A stretch of 64,000 nucleotides of DNA. Origin: Mobula hypostoma (Eukaryota). Shown one piece after another: positions 40,106 through 51,800 of the stretch; within the stretch, counting starts at the first letter, position 1; each line of letters starts with the position of its first letter. Location of the stretch: NCBI RefSeq assembly GCF_963921235.1, contig NC_086108.1:50842001-50906000 (forward strand), given 5' to 3'. The translations under genes were made by a program, and so were the position numbers. The notes beneath the pieces were generated by a model that saw only the letters and a list, made by a program, of their open reading frames with translations, had not been told where the DNA came from and searched no databases.

Positions 40106-40369
40106 TCGCACATTCTATGTATGCTATAAACAGAAGGGATGTCACCACCCACTCTGATAGTCTCCAGTGTATCTCTTTCTGCAGTCACTATCATGGGCAT
40201 ATGATCAGTCTTCTGAAGAGTGAACCCTCAGCAAACATTGAGCTCAGATGGTGTCCCTGGCCTTGGCCTTAGACCCTTGTGCAGATCAGTTGGCAGGGTA
40301 TTTGCAGACATGTTTTAACCTCTCCCTGCTTCAGGCTGTGGTTCCCTCTGCTTTAAGAAGTCTACTATC

Positions 40370-40720
40370 ATCTAGATCCCCCAATTTACATCTTGTCTCA
40401 CCAATGTAGGAGAGGCTGCACCAGGAACACCAGATACAGTAGATGACCACAAGAGATTTGCAGGTGAAGCGTTGCCTCACCTGGAAGGACTGTTTGGGGC
40501 CCTGAATGGAAGTGAAGGAGGAGATGAATGGGCAGATGTAGCATTTCTGTTCCTTGCAAGGATATGTGTCAGGAAGAAGATTAGTGGGGAGAGACAAATG
40601 GATGTAAATTTGGTGACTGCTTTGTCGAGCACCTCCTCTGCACCAACCAAAAGTGGAACTTCCCAGTTGCCAGCGTTTTAATCCCTATCCTCATTCCCAT
40701 TCTGACATGTTCTGCTTGAT
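40370..40720. mobile_element. Penelope GIY-YIG endonuclease fragments (minus 40370-40605, then plus)
   Basis: FQVRQRFTCKSLVVIYCIWCSWCSLSYIGETRCKLGD in ORF 40331-40597. Confidence 0.85.
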
Positions 40721-41296
40721 GGTGCTATTGATGAAAGCTTACATTGCTTTGATGATGATTGAGAGTGGACTAATTGGACTTCACTTCACAGGATTGAATT
40801 TGTCCTTATTTTTGTCAACAGAAAGTACATGTGTTCGACAGTTCGAAGAAACATTGCTGCGTTTCCATGTATATTATATGGTTATATACATTATATGTAG
40901 TTAAATGACAATAAACTTCACTTCACTTGACTTGACTGTGCATTTTACATTGTACAGTGGATGCCACTGTTGAAACTGTACCAAACTGAGAAAGAAACTG
41001 CTGGGGAAGTCAGTGGGTCAGGCAGCCTATTCGAAGGAAGTGGACAGTCAATGTTTTGGGTCAAGACCCTTCATCTGGACTGAAATAACCAGTGTAGCGA
41101 GGCGAGGGGAAGAGTGGAACCAGAGCTGAGAAGCCATATGGGGAGGGGGGATAGGGAGATGGAGGAAGGATGAGTGGAAGTTGTGACAGAGACTGGGAGG
41201 TGATGGGTGGAGACAGTCTGATGGAATCTGATTGGAAAGGAAAGTGGAGCATGGAACCAAATAAAGGAGAGGGGAGATGGGAGCCCTGATGAAGAG

Positions 41297-43626
41297 TGTG
41301 ACGAAGGCCCGTCACTGATTACGGACGGCACGTGGCGCACTCGGTAAAACACTCATCCCCAGCAGTAATAGTGACTGGGTCTGAACCAGAGCTGCTGCAT
41401 GGAGCTGTCTCATGGAGGCAGCAGAACCTGCACAGGTGTGCTGATGGTGGAGGATACCATCTTTAAATGGATAATTGAGTTAATTAGCTTTTGGTTGGTC
41501 TAGGGGGAGGAGCTTAGCAGTTATAAGCCTCAGGTTAGCAAGGCTTTGGAGTTAATCAATGATGTCTTCACAAAGGTACTAGTGGATATAGGTAGGTCAC
41601 TGTTTGTGGATGATGGGGCCTTGTGGAAAAGAGGCAGGAATATGGACCATATAATCAGGAAACTACAAGAAGCAATTGATGAAGTGGTGGAGTAGGGTTA
41701 TGATTGGGGATGTAGATTTTCAGTAGATAAAACTCAAACTGTATTTTTTACCAGGAAAAGGGTTGAGGTAGGGAAGAAGTTAAGGATGTATGGGGTTGAA
41801 TTAGAAAGGGTTGCATCATTTAAATTTCTGGGAGTTATATTTGATTCACGATTAACATGGGCAGACCATATCAGGAAAGTTGAGGAGAAATGTAAAAAAG
41901 TAATAAATGTGATGAGATGTTTGACTGGTAGGGAATGGGGAGCAAGTTGTTCAGCTTTGAAGAGAATGTATGTGGTTTTAGTGAGATCTGTGTTGGACTA
42001 TGGAAATATAGCATATGGATCAGCAGCTAGGTCTCTTATAAGGAAACTGGATGTGATTCAGGCTCAGGCCTTGAGAGTGTGCAATGGGGCTTTTAAAACG
42101 TCACCAGTGTCAGCCCTACAGGTAGAAATGGGAATAAGAAGGATGCAACTGATGGCTAACTACTGGGCTAACTTGCAGGGGCACAATGATTCTCACCCTA
42201 CTAAAGGAGTGTTGCAGGAGTGCTAGGAAAATGGGAGGTTTCAGAGGGATACCTTTAGTCAGGTAGGGAATGATATCGTGAAAGAATGTGGAGTATTTGA
42301 TCTGAGGATAAGACCTTCAGTAGTTTATCTGGTTGTAGCTCCATGGAAGCTTGTATAGCCTGACATAGACTGGCATTTGTTAGAGAGGTAAAAAGGAAAG
42401 AAAGATATAAAACAGATTTGGTAAATGCATTTAACTGATTATACTCACATTTATACGGATGGTGCGAAGGAACCTGAAACAGGAGTGACAGGGTTTGGGG
42501 TGGTAATACCAGCAAAAGAAATTGGAATCAGCAGAAGAACATCTAATAAGTTAGGGGTGTTTACAGTGGAGATGCTAGCAGTGTTGGTTGCGTTGCAATG
42601 GGTGCAGAAAGCCAGACAAGCCAAAGCATTGATATGTTCAGATTCATCCTCAGTTCTAGCAAGTTTAAGGTCTTTTCACACAAACAGTTGGCAAGATGTA
42701 CTTTATGAAGTCCTTCAGTTAGTTACAAGAATTGCAAATCAGGGAGGTCAGGTAAAATTTCTATAGGTTCCAGCACATGTAGGGGTGAAGGGGAATGAGA
42801 GGGTGGATGAGTTGGCAAAGAGGGTGTTAAAGAAAGAAAATGTGGAAATGCACATTAGTATCAGTAAAGCAGAGGTTAAGTGTGTAATCTGGGAAAAAGT
42901 CAACTGAATGTGGCAAGAAAGGTGGGACAGGGAGGGAAAAGGGAGGCATTTATATCAAATGCAAAAGAGTGTTGCAGTTACTAGGGTAGGTAATGGAAAC
43001 AGAAGAGAGGAGACTGTGTGGACTAGGTTAAGGCTGGGGCATTGTGCATTAAATAAAACATTGAAAATGATAGGGAAATGCCAGACAGGATTGTGTGAGG
43101 AATGTCAGGAAGAGGAGTCAGTAGAACATGTAGTTCTGAGTTGCAGGAAGTATGGGATACAGACAGATGATGAGAAATAAATTTAAGGGAGTTGGGGATG
43201 CAGGAATTCACATTAAAAGGGTTGCTGGGCATGGGTGAGAGAGCACAAGTCTGGGTATTTGTAGCGTTTTTAAGGGGTACAGGGGTTTTTTATAGAATAT
43301 GATGAATAAACAGGAATAGGATACTAGGATGGTCAAAGATGGGAGGGTGAAGTGTAGGTTTGTAGATATAGATAGTATGTCTAGTGCACATTCTGGAGCA
43401 GAGGGTGGCGGTAATGCACCATTAAGCTGGATGCCAACCGCTGTAAAACAAGATACAGACAGGCTTTGGAGTTAGTTTTCTTTTGTGTTTAGTCTGAGGG
43501 TGACTATATATGTGGTTTTTTTCCAGTTTTTGTTTTGTTTTGAGGTAAATAAAAGCACCTCAATTTTTGCGACTCAAGCCATCTAGTTATTTTTCTTAAA
43601 GAATTGACCCACAGTTTTTTGTGACA
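41297..43626 (+). mobile_element. Solo LTR (41297-41554 and 43461-43626) split by a Nimb LINE
   Basis: TGTGAC...GTGACA ends, ttataag and aataaa motifs, GAG(T) duplication at the junctions. Confidence 0.7.
41555..43460 (+). mobile_element. Nimb/I-group LINE, 5' truncated (RT C-terminus, RNase H, CCHC) with 14-bp TSD AGGCTTTGGAGTTA
   Basis: YTHIYTDGAK..E..ICSDS..VPAHVGVKGNERVDELAK (RNase H) and CEECQEEESVEHVVLSC; TSD at 41541-41554 and 43461-43474. Confidence 0.93.
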
Positions 43627-44553
43627 GAGTCTCAGCCCGAAATGCGACTGTTTAATCTTTTCCATAGATGCAGCCTGGCCTGCTGAGTTCATGCAGTATT
43701 TTGTTTGTGTTGCAAGGGAGATGGGGACAATGAGGGAGGGGAACCTGAGGGCATGGTGTATGAGTGACGGGTAGGTGTAGTGGGAAAGGAAGAAGGAAAT
43801 GGGGTGTGAGGTGGTGTAAGAGGAACTGGGTAGATCAGTAGGAGGCAAAAAAGGGCCAGAAAAGAGGCAGTTTACCAGAGATTCAATATTTATTGCCTTT
43901 AAGTTCTTTTGTTTATTTTTTTGCCCAGGGTGAGTGTGAGGTGCTGATTCTGTCATTTGCATTTGTCTTCACTATGGACAAGTCCGGTGAGAGATATTGG
44001 TGTGGAGGTGGGAAGGGGAGTGACATGGCTCCAGGTGGCCATGATGGACAGAGTGCAGACTCATGGAAGCAAGCTGATCACTTGGTTCAGATTGCTTGAA
44101 GTTACAGGTCTTACTGGAGTACTGCCTGTTAGTACTGCCTTGGGAAACTTTCAACATAACCAGTGCTCTTGGATCATTTTTGATGTCATAGAGAGTCAAA
44201 TAAATTAACAAAAGATTGACTTCTACAGAAGTGATTCAACATAGGTAATTGGAGATAGATTATCCATTCCAGATCTGAACTTGGTTGCAAATGCTTCAAG
44301 TGTGTCTTTAACACTCAGACATTGAGAGTAGGATCTTTGTGGAATCTCCTTCCCCAGTTAACTGTTTCCCTCTTCACAACATTCATGATGAGATGTGAAA
44401 GAACTGCACAGCTTTGATTTGATCTGCTAATTGCATGCTGGCTTTGGTGTGTACCCTGCATTTTTCATCATCACTGGCATGTCCTCTGCACTCCTTATTG
44501 AACCAGGGTTGATACCCCAGCCTGAGAGTAATGGTAGAGGGATATTCTGGGCA

Positions 44554-44600
44554 AACTCCACCATGAACAGTCCCAAGCCCAGATGCAAAATGAGGATGGT
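44554..44600 (+). ncRNA. Decayed twister ribozyme (3' cleavage-product form)
   Basis: AA-CUC-cacc...cag-UCCCAAGC-ccaga..aaaau-GAG-GAUGG matches the P1-type twister order UAA-P2-...-UCCCAAGC-...-P2-GAGGG. Confidence 0.65.
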
Positions 44601-44791
44601 TAGTCATGGAGTGAGCAACCCCATCCTGTAAAAACCCAGAGCCACAAAAAACGCCAGAAGATCCAGAGACTTCATTCTTGGGAGAAGATGGGCTACACCT
44701 GGGACGACATGAAAGACTGGTCCAGGATGGACGTAAGCTGCTGTGGGTGGTCTATGCCACAGAAAGCGTGATGGACTTGAAGAGAAGAAGC
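44554..44791 (+). mobile_element. ~240-bp RTE-derived non-autonomous element inserted in an old minus-strand LINE
   Basis: RTE-type 5' motif gcaaccccatcctgtaaaaac joined to an RTE 3' end with a (gaa)n tail; imperfect TSD GATATTCTGGGCA (44541-44553) and GATATTCCAGGAA (44792-44804). Confidence 0.75.
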
Positions 44792-44874
44792 GATATTCCA
44801 GGAATGAAGTTACAGATAGTGATGGAATACATCTCTGTATTTGCTGATGCTCATAGGATCTTATGCAGTCCCAG

Positions 44875-45830
44875 TTGGAATCAGGTTTATTATCACTGGC
44901 ATATGTCAAGAAAGCTATTGTTTTACAGCAGTTGTAATGTCCAATACATTAAAAAGTCACTATAAATTACAATAACAAATATCTTAAAATACGTAGTGCA
45001 AAGAGAGTAAAAAGTGAAGTAGTCTTCATGGGTTCATGTTCTGTTCAGAAATCTAATTGTAGTGGGGAAGAACCTGATCCTAAACAGTGAATGTGTGTAT
45101 CCAGACTTGTGTACCTCCTCACTGATGGTAGCAATGAGAAGAGAGCAGGTCCTGGTCAGTGTGGATCCTTAATGGTTGATATGACCTTCTGGAGGCATTG
45201 CCTTTTGAAGATGTCCTGGATGCTGGGGAGGCTGGTGCCCATGATGGAGTTGGCTGAGTTTACAACTTCCTGCAGCTTTTTTCTGATTCTGTGCAGTAGC
45301 CCCTCCGTACCAGATGGTGATGCAGCCAGTAAGAACGCTCTCCACGGTACATCTGTAAAAATTTGCTAGGGGCTTTAGCGACATACAAAACCTCCTCAAA
45401 CTCCTAAGGAGATATAGCTGCTGATGTGATTGCATCAGTATATTGGGCCCAAGATGGATCTTCAAAGATCTTGATAAATAAGAACTTGAGGCTGCTTACC
45501 CTTTCCTGTGCTGAGCCCTTCATGAACACTGGTGTGTGTTCTCCTGACTTCCCCTTCCTGAAGTTCACGATCAGTTTCTTGGTCTTGCTGATCCAGGGTG
45601 CAAGGTTGTTGTTGTGACACAACTCAACCAACCAATGCATCTTACTCCTATATGCCTCCTTATCACCATCTGAGATTCTGCCAACAACAGTGGTGTCATC
45701 AGCAAATGTATAGATGGTATCTGAGCTGTGCCTAGCCACACAGTCGTGACTGTAGAGAGTGTAGAGCAGTGGGCTAACATGAATCTTTGAGATGCGCCTA
45801 TGTTGATTGTCAGTGAGGAGGAGATATAGA
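44875..45830 (-). mobile_element. Rex1/Babar LINE RT and 3' end
   Basis: ARHSSDTIYTFADDTTVVGRIS and FYRCTVESVLTGCITIWYG. Confidence 0.92.
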
Positions 45831-45974
45831 AAGGGTGAATGTACACGGACTTTCCCCGGGCTTGGGGAATCAAGAACTGAAAGGCATAGATTTAAGATGA
45901 GAGGACAGAATCATCAGGAACCTGATAGGTCAGAGAATGGTCAGTATATGAAATGATCAATATACCTCTAAGCA

Positions 45975-47530
45975 ATACAAACAAAATGCCGGAGGAACTC
46001 AGCAGGTCAGGCATCTGCTATGAAAATGAATAAACAGTTAATCCTTCTTCAGGACTGGAAAGGGAGGGGGAAGATGCCAGAATAAAAGGTGGGGGGAGGG
46101 GAAGGAGGAGAGCTAGAGGGTGATAGGTGAGGCCAGGTGGGTGGGAAAGGTAAAGGACTGGAAAAGAAGGAATCTGATAGGAGAGGAGCATGGAACATAG
46201 GAGAAAGGAAAGGAGGAGGGGACCCAGGGGGAGGTGATAGGCAGGTGAGAAGAGGCAAGAAGCCAGAATGGGGAAAAGAAGAGGGAGTGGGAAGGAAATT
46301 ATTTTCTTACTGGAAGGAGAAATCGATATCCATGCCATCAGGTTGGAGGCTGCCCAGACAGAATATATGGTGTTGCTCCTCCGCCCTGAGGGTGGCCTCA
46401 TCATGGCACAAGAGGAAGCCACAAGAGGAAGCCATGGACTAGCATGTCGCAACAGGAAAGGGAATCAGAATTAAAATGCTTGGTCACCAGGAAGTTCCAC
46501 TTTTGGTGGATGGAGCGGAGGTGCTCGATGAAGCAGACCTCAATTTACGATGAGTCTCACCAACTCACCACATCAGGAGCACGGGACACAATAGACAACC
46601 TCTGCAGATTCACAGATGAAGTGTTGCCTCACCTGGAAGGACTGTTTGGGGCCCTGAATGGAGATAAGGAGGTAAATGGGCAGGTGTACCACTTGGGCTG
46701 CTTGCAGGGATAAGTGTCAGGAAGGAGATTAGTGGGGAGGGATGAATGGACAAGGGAATCACAAAGTGGGTGATCCATGCGGAAGGCAGAGGGGGAGGGA
46801 GGTAAAGGTATGTTTGGCAGTAGGATCCCTTTGGAGATGACGGAAGTTGCGGTGTTGATATGTTGGATGCGGAGGCTCATGGGGTGGTAGGCAAGGACAA
46901 GAGGAACTCTATCGCTGTCAAGAAGGTGAGAAGATGAGGTGTGCACCGACGTTTGGGAAATGGAGATGTGGCAGCATCAAAGATGGAGGAAGAACAACCC
47001 TGTTCTTTGAAGGAGGCTATCTCTGATGTATTGGAAAGAAAACTAGCATCCTGGGAACAGGTACAGCAGAGACGAAGGAACTGAGAAAAGGAAATGGCAT
47101 TTTTACAGGAGCTAGGGTGGGAATTGGTTGGTTTATAAAAGATGTTGGTTGACAGTTTTCTCCAGAGATTGAGACAGAGAGATCAAGAAAGGGAAGGGAC
47201 TTGTCAGAAATGGACTAAGTGAATTTAAGGGCAGAGTGGAAGTTGGAGGCAAAGTGGATGAAATTGACGAGCTCAGCAAGGATGCATGAAGCAGCACCAA
47301 TGCAACCATCAATGTAGCGGAGGAAGAGTTGGGGAGCGTTACTGGGGAAGCTTGGAACATGGACTGTTCGATATAGCCAAGGAAAAGGCAGGCATAACTG
47401 GGGCTCATGCAGGTGCCCGTGGCTACCCCTTGAGTCTGGAGAAAGTGGGGGAGTCGAAGGAAAAGTTGTTGAGGGTGAGGACCAGCCCTACAACATGGAG
47501 GAGGGGAACTGGTTGGTTCTTTATTGAGAA
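45975..47530 (-). mobile_element. Penelope-like element (RT motif B through GIY-YIG and 3' terminus), frameshifted
   Basis: MSPSYACLFLGYIEQSMFQ (RT), DRVPLVLAYHP linker, endonuclease region and terminal motif. Confidence 0.9.
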
Positions 47531-47599
47531 AAAAGCAGAGAGTTTAATGCCCTTTATCCAGTCACAGTTTCACTTGAAGTAATGTTTTGGATGACATTT

Positions 47600-48740
47600 T
47601 CTCTCATTTCTGTCAGATCATCAGAGGTGTACACCTTCAAAGCTTCATCTCTGCCACATCTGTTCCAGGATGACGTTTTCCTTTCCAAGACATCAAATTG
47701 ATATTGCCTTCACCCATATCTTCTCCATTTCCCGGACATCTATGCTCATCCCATCTTTCCATTGCCCGAAAAGGGTTAGAGTTCTTTTTGTCCTCACTTT
47801 CCACCCAATGAGTCTCCACATCCAACACATTATCCTCTGCAACTGCCATCCTCTTCAACGGGATCCTACTACCAAACTCGCCTTTGGCTTTCCACAATCC
47901 CCACCAATTCTCCGCCTTCTACACAAATCGTTCCCACCATGATTCCCTTGTCTCAGGGAATCATGTCCTACCAATGTCCTTCCTGACACATACCCCTGCA
48001 AGTGACAGAGATGCTACATCTCATCAACCTCCTCCCTCACCTCCATTCAGGACCACAAACGGTCCTTTCAGGTGAGGCAATACTTCACCAGTGAATCTGT
48101 TGCAGTTGTCTATTGCATCCATTGTTCCCAATGCAGCCTCCTCTACTTTGGTGAAACCCATCATAAATCGGGGGACCTCTATGTCAAGCACCTCCATAAC
48201 ATCTACCAAAAGTGGTATTTTCCTTGTGTGCAACCATTTTAATTCCTAACCCCATTCCTGTTCGACATGTCAGTCCATGGACTCCTCTTTTGCCACAATG
48301 AGGCAGGTAACAGGGTGGAAGAGCAATACCTCATATTCCATCTAGGTAGCCTCCAACCTGATGGCATGAACTTCGATTTCTTTCCCATAGTTTTTTCCTC
48401 CTCCTTCCCTCTTCTATTCCCTGCTCAGGCCTCTTACCTCTTCTTCTCACCTGACTTTCACCTGCCTTCTTCCTTTTATCCCATGGTCCATTCTCCTTTC
48501 TGATTAATTGATTCTCCTCCAGACCTTTACTTTTACCTTTCGCACCCACTTGGCTTTGCTTGTCGCCTTCTAGCTAATCCTCCTTCCCTTCCTCCCACCC
48601 TTTTATTCTGGCATCTTCCCCATTCCTTTCCAGTCCCAAAGAAGGGCCTTGCCCTGAAGCATCAACTTTTTCTTCATTTCGGAAGATGCCGCCTGACCTG
48701 CAGAGTTCCTCCAGCATTTTGTGTGTGCTGCTCTGCTTTC
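47600..48740 (+). mobile_element. Penelope-like element (linker, GIY-YIG, 3' terminus with decayed hammerhead)
   Basis: RVLFVLTFHPMSLHIQHIILCN and RVEEQYLIFHLGSLQPDGMN; terminal motif at 48630-48735. Confidence 0.9.
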
Positions 48741-48899
48741 TCTCTTTTACTGTTTAATGAAATAAGACAATTTCTCATTCAGCCTCTTGTCAAGGCTGAG
48801 AAGCCCAGATCTATCTAACCCTGAATGTTGAAGCTGGGCACAAATCACTTGCTCTTGTATGGACCTTAACCAGCAGCCAGGGTCAGGGAAATCTAAGAA

Positions 48900-51800
48900 G
48901 GTGGAATCTATAAGGAGGTTAACAAAAGTTGGTGCACAAACTCATCTCTAGTTAGCAGTCACTGTTCTGTGACAATTGAACATCTCACCATTAAATGCCA
49001 GCCACATTACCGGCTCAGGTAACCTACTGTTGTGTTCATCACCACTGTCTACACCCCATCCCCAAGCGCGAATGCTAAGCATGCACTTGATGAGCTTCAA
49101 GTATCATCAGCTCTCTACAAAATAAGCACCCTGATAGTTTCTTCATAATTGCAGAAGATTTCAATCATGTTAACCTGCAGGACATTTTACCTAAGTTCCA
49201 CCAACATGTCACTATGGCCACTAGGGGAACAAACAGACTCGACCATGTCTATACAAACAGACGTGGTACTTACAATGCCATCCCACACCCCTATCTCAGT
49301 CTCCGTGATCACATCTCTATAATGTTAATCCCAGTATCCCAAGTGCTGCTGAAAAGGGGGAATCAGTCAAGAGGATCAGCATTGTATGGCCTAATGAGCT
49401 AATCTCCATGCTTTAAGACTGTTTTGAATGGACTAACCAGCAAATGTTCAGAGACCACCACAAACAGAAGACACGGACTTCAAGGAACATGCCTCATGTC
49501 ACTGGCTGTAAGTGCGCAGACAACATTGCTACCTCAAGAACAATGATCTTATGGCCCAACCAGAAGAACTAGCTAAATGCAGACCATAAGACAAAGGAGT
49601 AGAAGTCAGCCATTTGGCCCATCGAGTCTGCTCTGCCATTTTATCATGAGCTGATCCATTCTCCCATTTAGTCCCACTCCCCTGCCTTCTCACCATAACC
49701 TTTGATGCCCTGGCTACTCAGATACCTATCAATCTCTGCCTTAAATACACCCAATGACTTGGCCTCCACTGCTGCCTATGGCAACAAATTCCATAGATTC
49801 ACCACCCTCTGACTAAAAAAATTTCTTCGCATTTCGGTTCTGAATGGGCACCCTTCAATCCTTAAGTCATGCCCTCTCGTACTAGGCTCCCCTATTGTGG
49901 GAAACAACTTTGCCACATCCACTCTGTCTATGCCTTTCAACATTTGAAATGTTTCCGAGGTCTCCCCTCATTCTTCTAAACTCCAAGGAATACAGTCCAA
50001 GAGCGGACAAACGTTCCTCATATGTTAACCCCCTCATTCCCGGAATCATTCAAGTGAATCTTCTCTGTACCCTCTCCAACGTCAGCACATCCTTTCTTAA
50101 ATAAGGAGACCAAAACTGCCCACAGTACTCCAAGTGAGGTCTCACCAGTGCCTTATAGAGCCTCAACATCACATCCCTGCTCCTATACTCTATTCCTCTA
50201 GAAATGAATGCCAACATTGCATTCGCCTTCTTCACCACCGAGTCAACCTGGAGGTTAACTTTAAGGGTATCCTGTACAAGGACTCCCAAGTCCTGTTGCA
50301 TCTCAGAACTTTGAATTCTCTCCCCATTTAAATAATAGTCTGCCCATTTATAACTTCTGCCAAAGTGCATAACCATACACTTCATTTCATATGTACTTCA
50401 TTTGCCACTTCTCTGCCCATTCTTCCAATCTATCCAAGTCTCTCTGCAGACTCTCCATTTCCTCAGCACTACCAGCCCCTCCACCTATCTTCGTATTGTC
50501 AGCAAACTTAGCCACAAAGCCATCTATTCCATAATCCAAATCATTGATGTACAATGTAAAAAGAAGTGGCCCCAACACGGATCCCTGTGAAACACCACTG
50601 GAAACTGGCAGCCAACCAGAATAGAATCCCTTTATTCCCACTCTGTTTCCTGCCAATCAGCCAACGCTCTATCCACGTATGTAACTTTCCTGTAATTCCA
50701 TAGGCTCTTATCTTGTTAAGTAGCCTCATGTGTGGCACCTTGTCAAAGGCCTTCTGAAAATCCAAATATACAACATCCACTGCATCTCCCTTGTCTAGCC
50801 TACTGGTAATTTCCTCAAAAAATTGTAATAGGTTTGTCAGGCAGGATTTTCCTTGAAGGAATCCATGCTGAGTTCTGCCTATCTTGTCATATGCCTCCAG
50901 GTACTCTGTAACCTCATCCTTGACAATCGACTCCAACAACTTCCCAACCACCGATGTCAAGCTAACAGGTCTATAATTTCATTTTTGCTTCCTTGCCGCC
51001 TCCTTAAATAGCAGAGTGACATTTGCAATCTTCCAGTCCTCCGGAACCATGCCAGAATCTATCGACTTTTGAAAGATCATTGCTAATGCCTCCATAATCT
51101 CCACAGCTACTTCTTTCTGAATATGCGGGTGCATTCCACCTGGTCCAGGAGATTTATCTACCTTTAGACTATTCAGCTTCCTGAGTACTTTCTCTGTCGT
51201 AATTGTGACTGCGCACACTTCTCTTCCCTGCCACCCTTGAGTGTCCGGTATACTGCTGATGTCTTCCTCAGTGAAGACTGATGCAAAATACTCGTTCAGT
51301 TCCTCTGCCATCTCCTTATCTCCCATTACAATTTCTCCAGCGTCATTTTCTATCAGTCCTATATCTACTCTCACCTGACTTTTACTCTTTATATACTTCA
51401 AAAAACTTATAGTATCCTCTTTGATATTATTTGCTAGCTTCCTTTCATAGTTAATCTTTTCCCTCTTAATGACCACCTTAGTTTCCTTTTGTAAGGTTTT
51501 AAAAACTTCCCAATGCTCTCTTCCCACTAGTTTTTGCTTCCTTGTATGCCCTCTCCTTAGCTTTAACTTTGGCTTTGACTTCTCTTTTCAACCACGGTTG
51601 CATCCTTTTTCCATTTGAAAATTTCTTCTTTTTTGGAATATACCTGTCTTGCACCTTCCTCACTTCTCACATAAACTCCAGCCACTGTTGCTCTGCCGTC
51701 TTTCCTGCCAGTGTCTCTTTCCAGTCAACTTTGGCCAGTTCCTCTCTCATGCCACTGTAATTTCCTTTACTCTACTGAAATACCGACACATCAGATTTCA

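Larger units (their letters stand above)
40990..43715. mobile_element. Penelope inverted terminal unit (40990-41296 and 43627-43715) hosting nested inserts
   Basis: Antisense hammerhead remnant at 41045-41082; the sense hammerhead is split as cctgatgaagagt / gagtctcagcccgaaa. Confidence 0.8.

Noticed and set aside
42425..42830. RNase H ORF as a cellular or retroviral gene
   Set aside because: Lies inside a TSD-bounded Nimb/I LINE and has in-frame stops.
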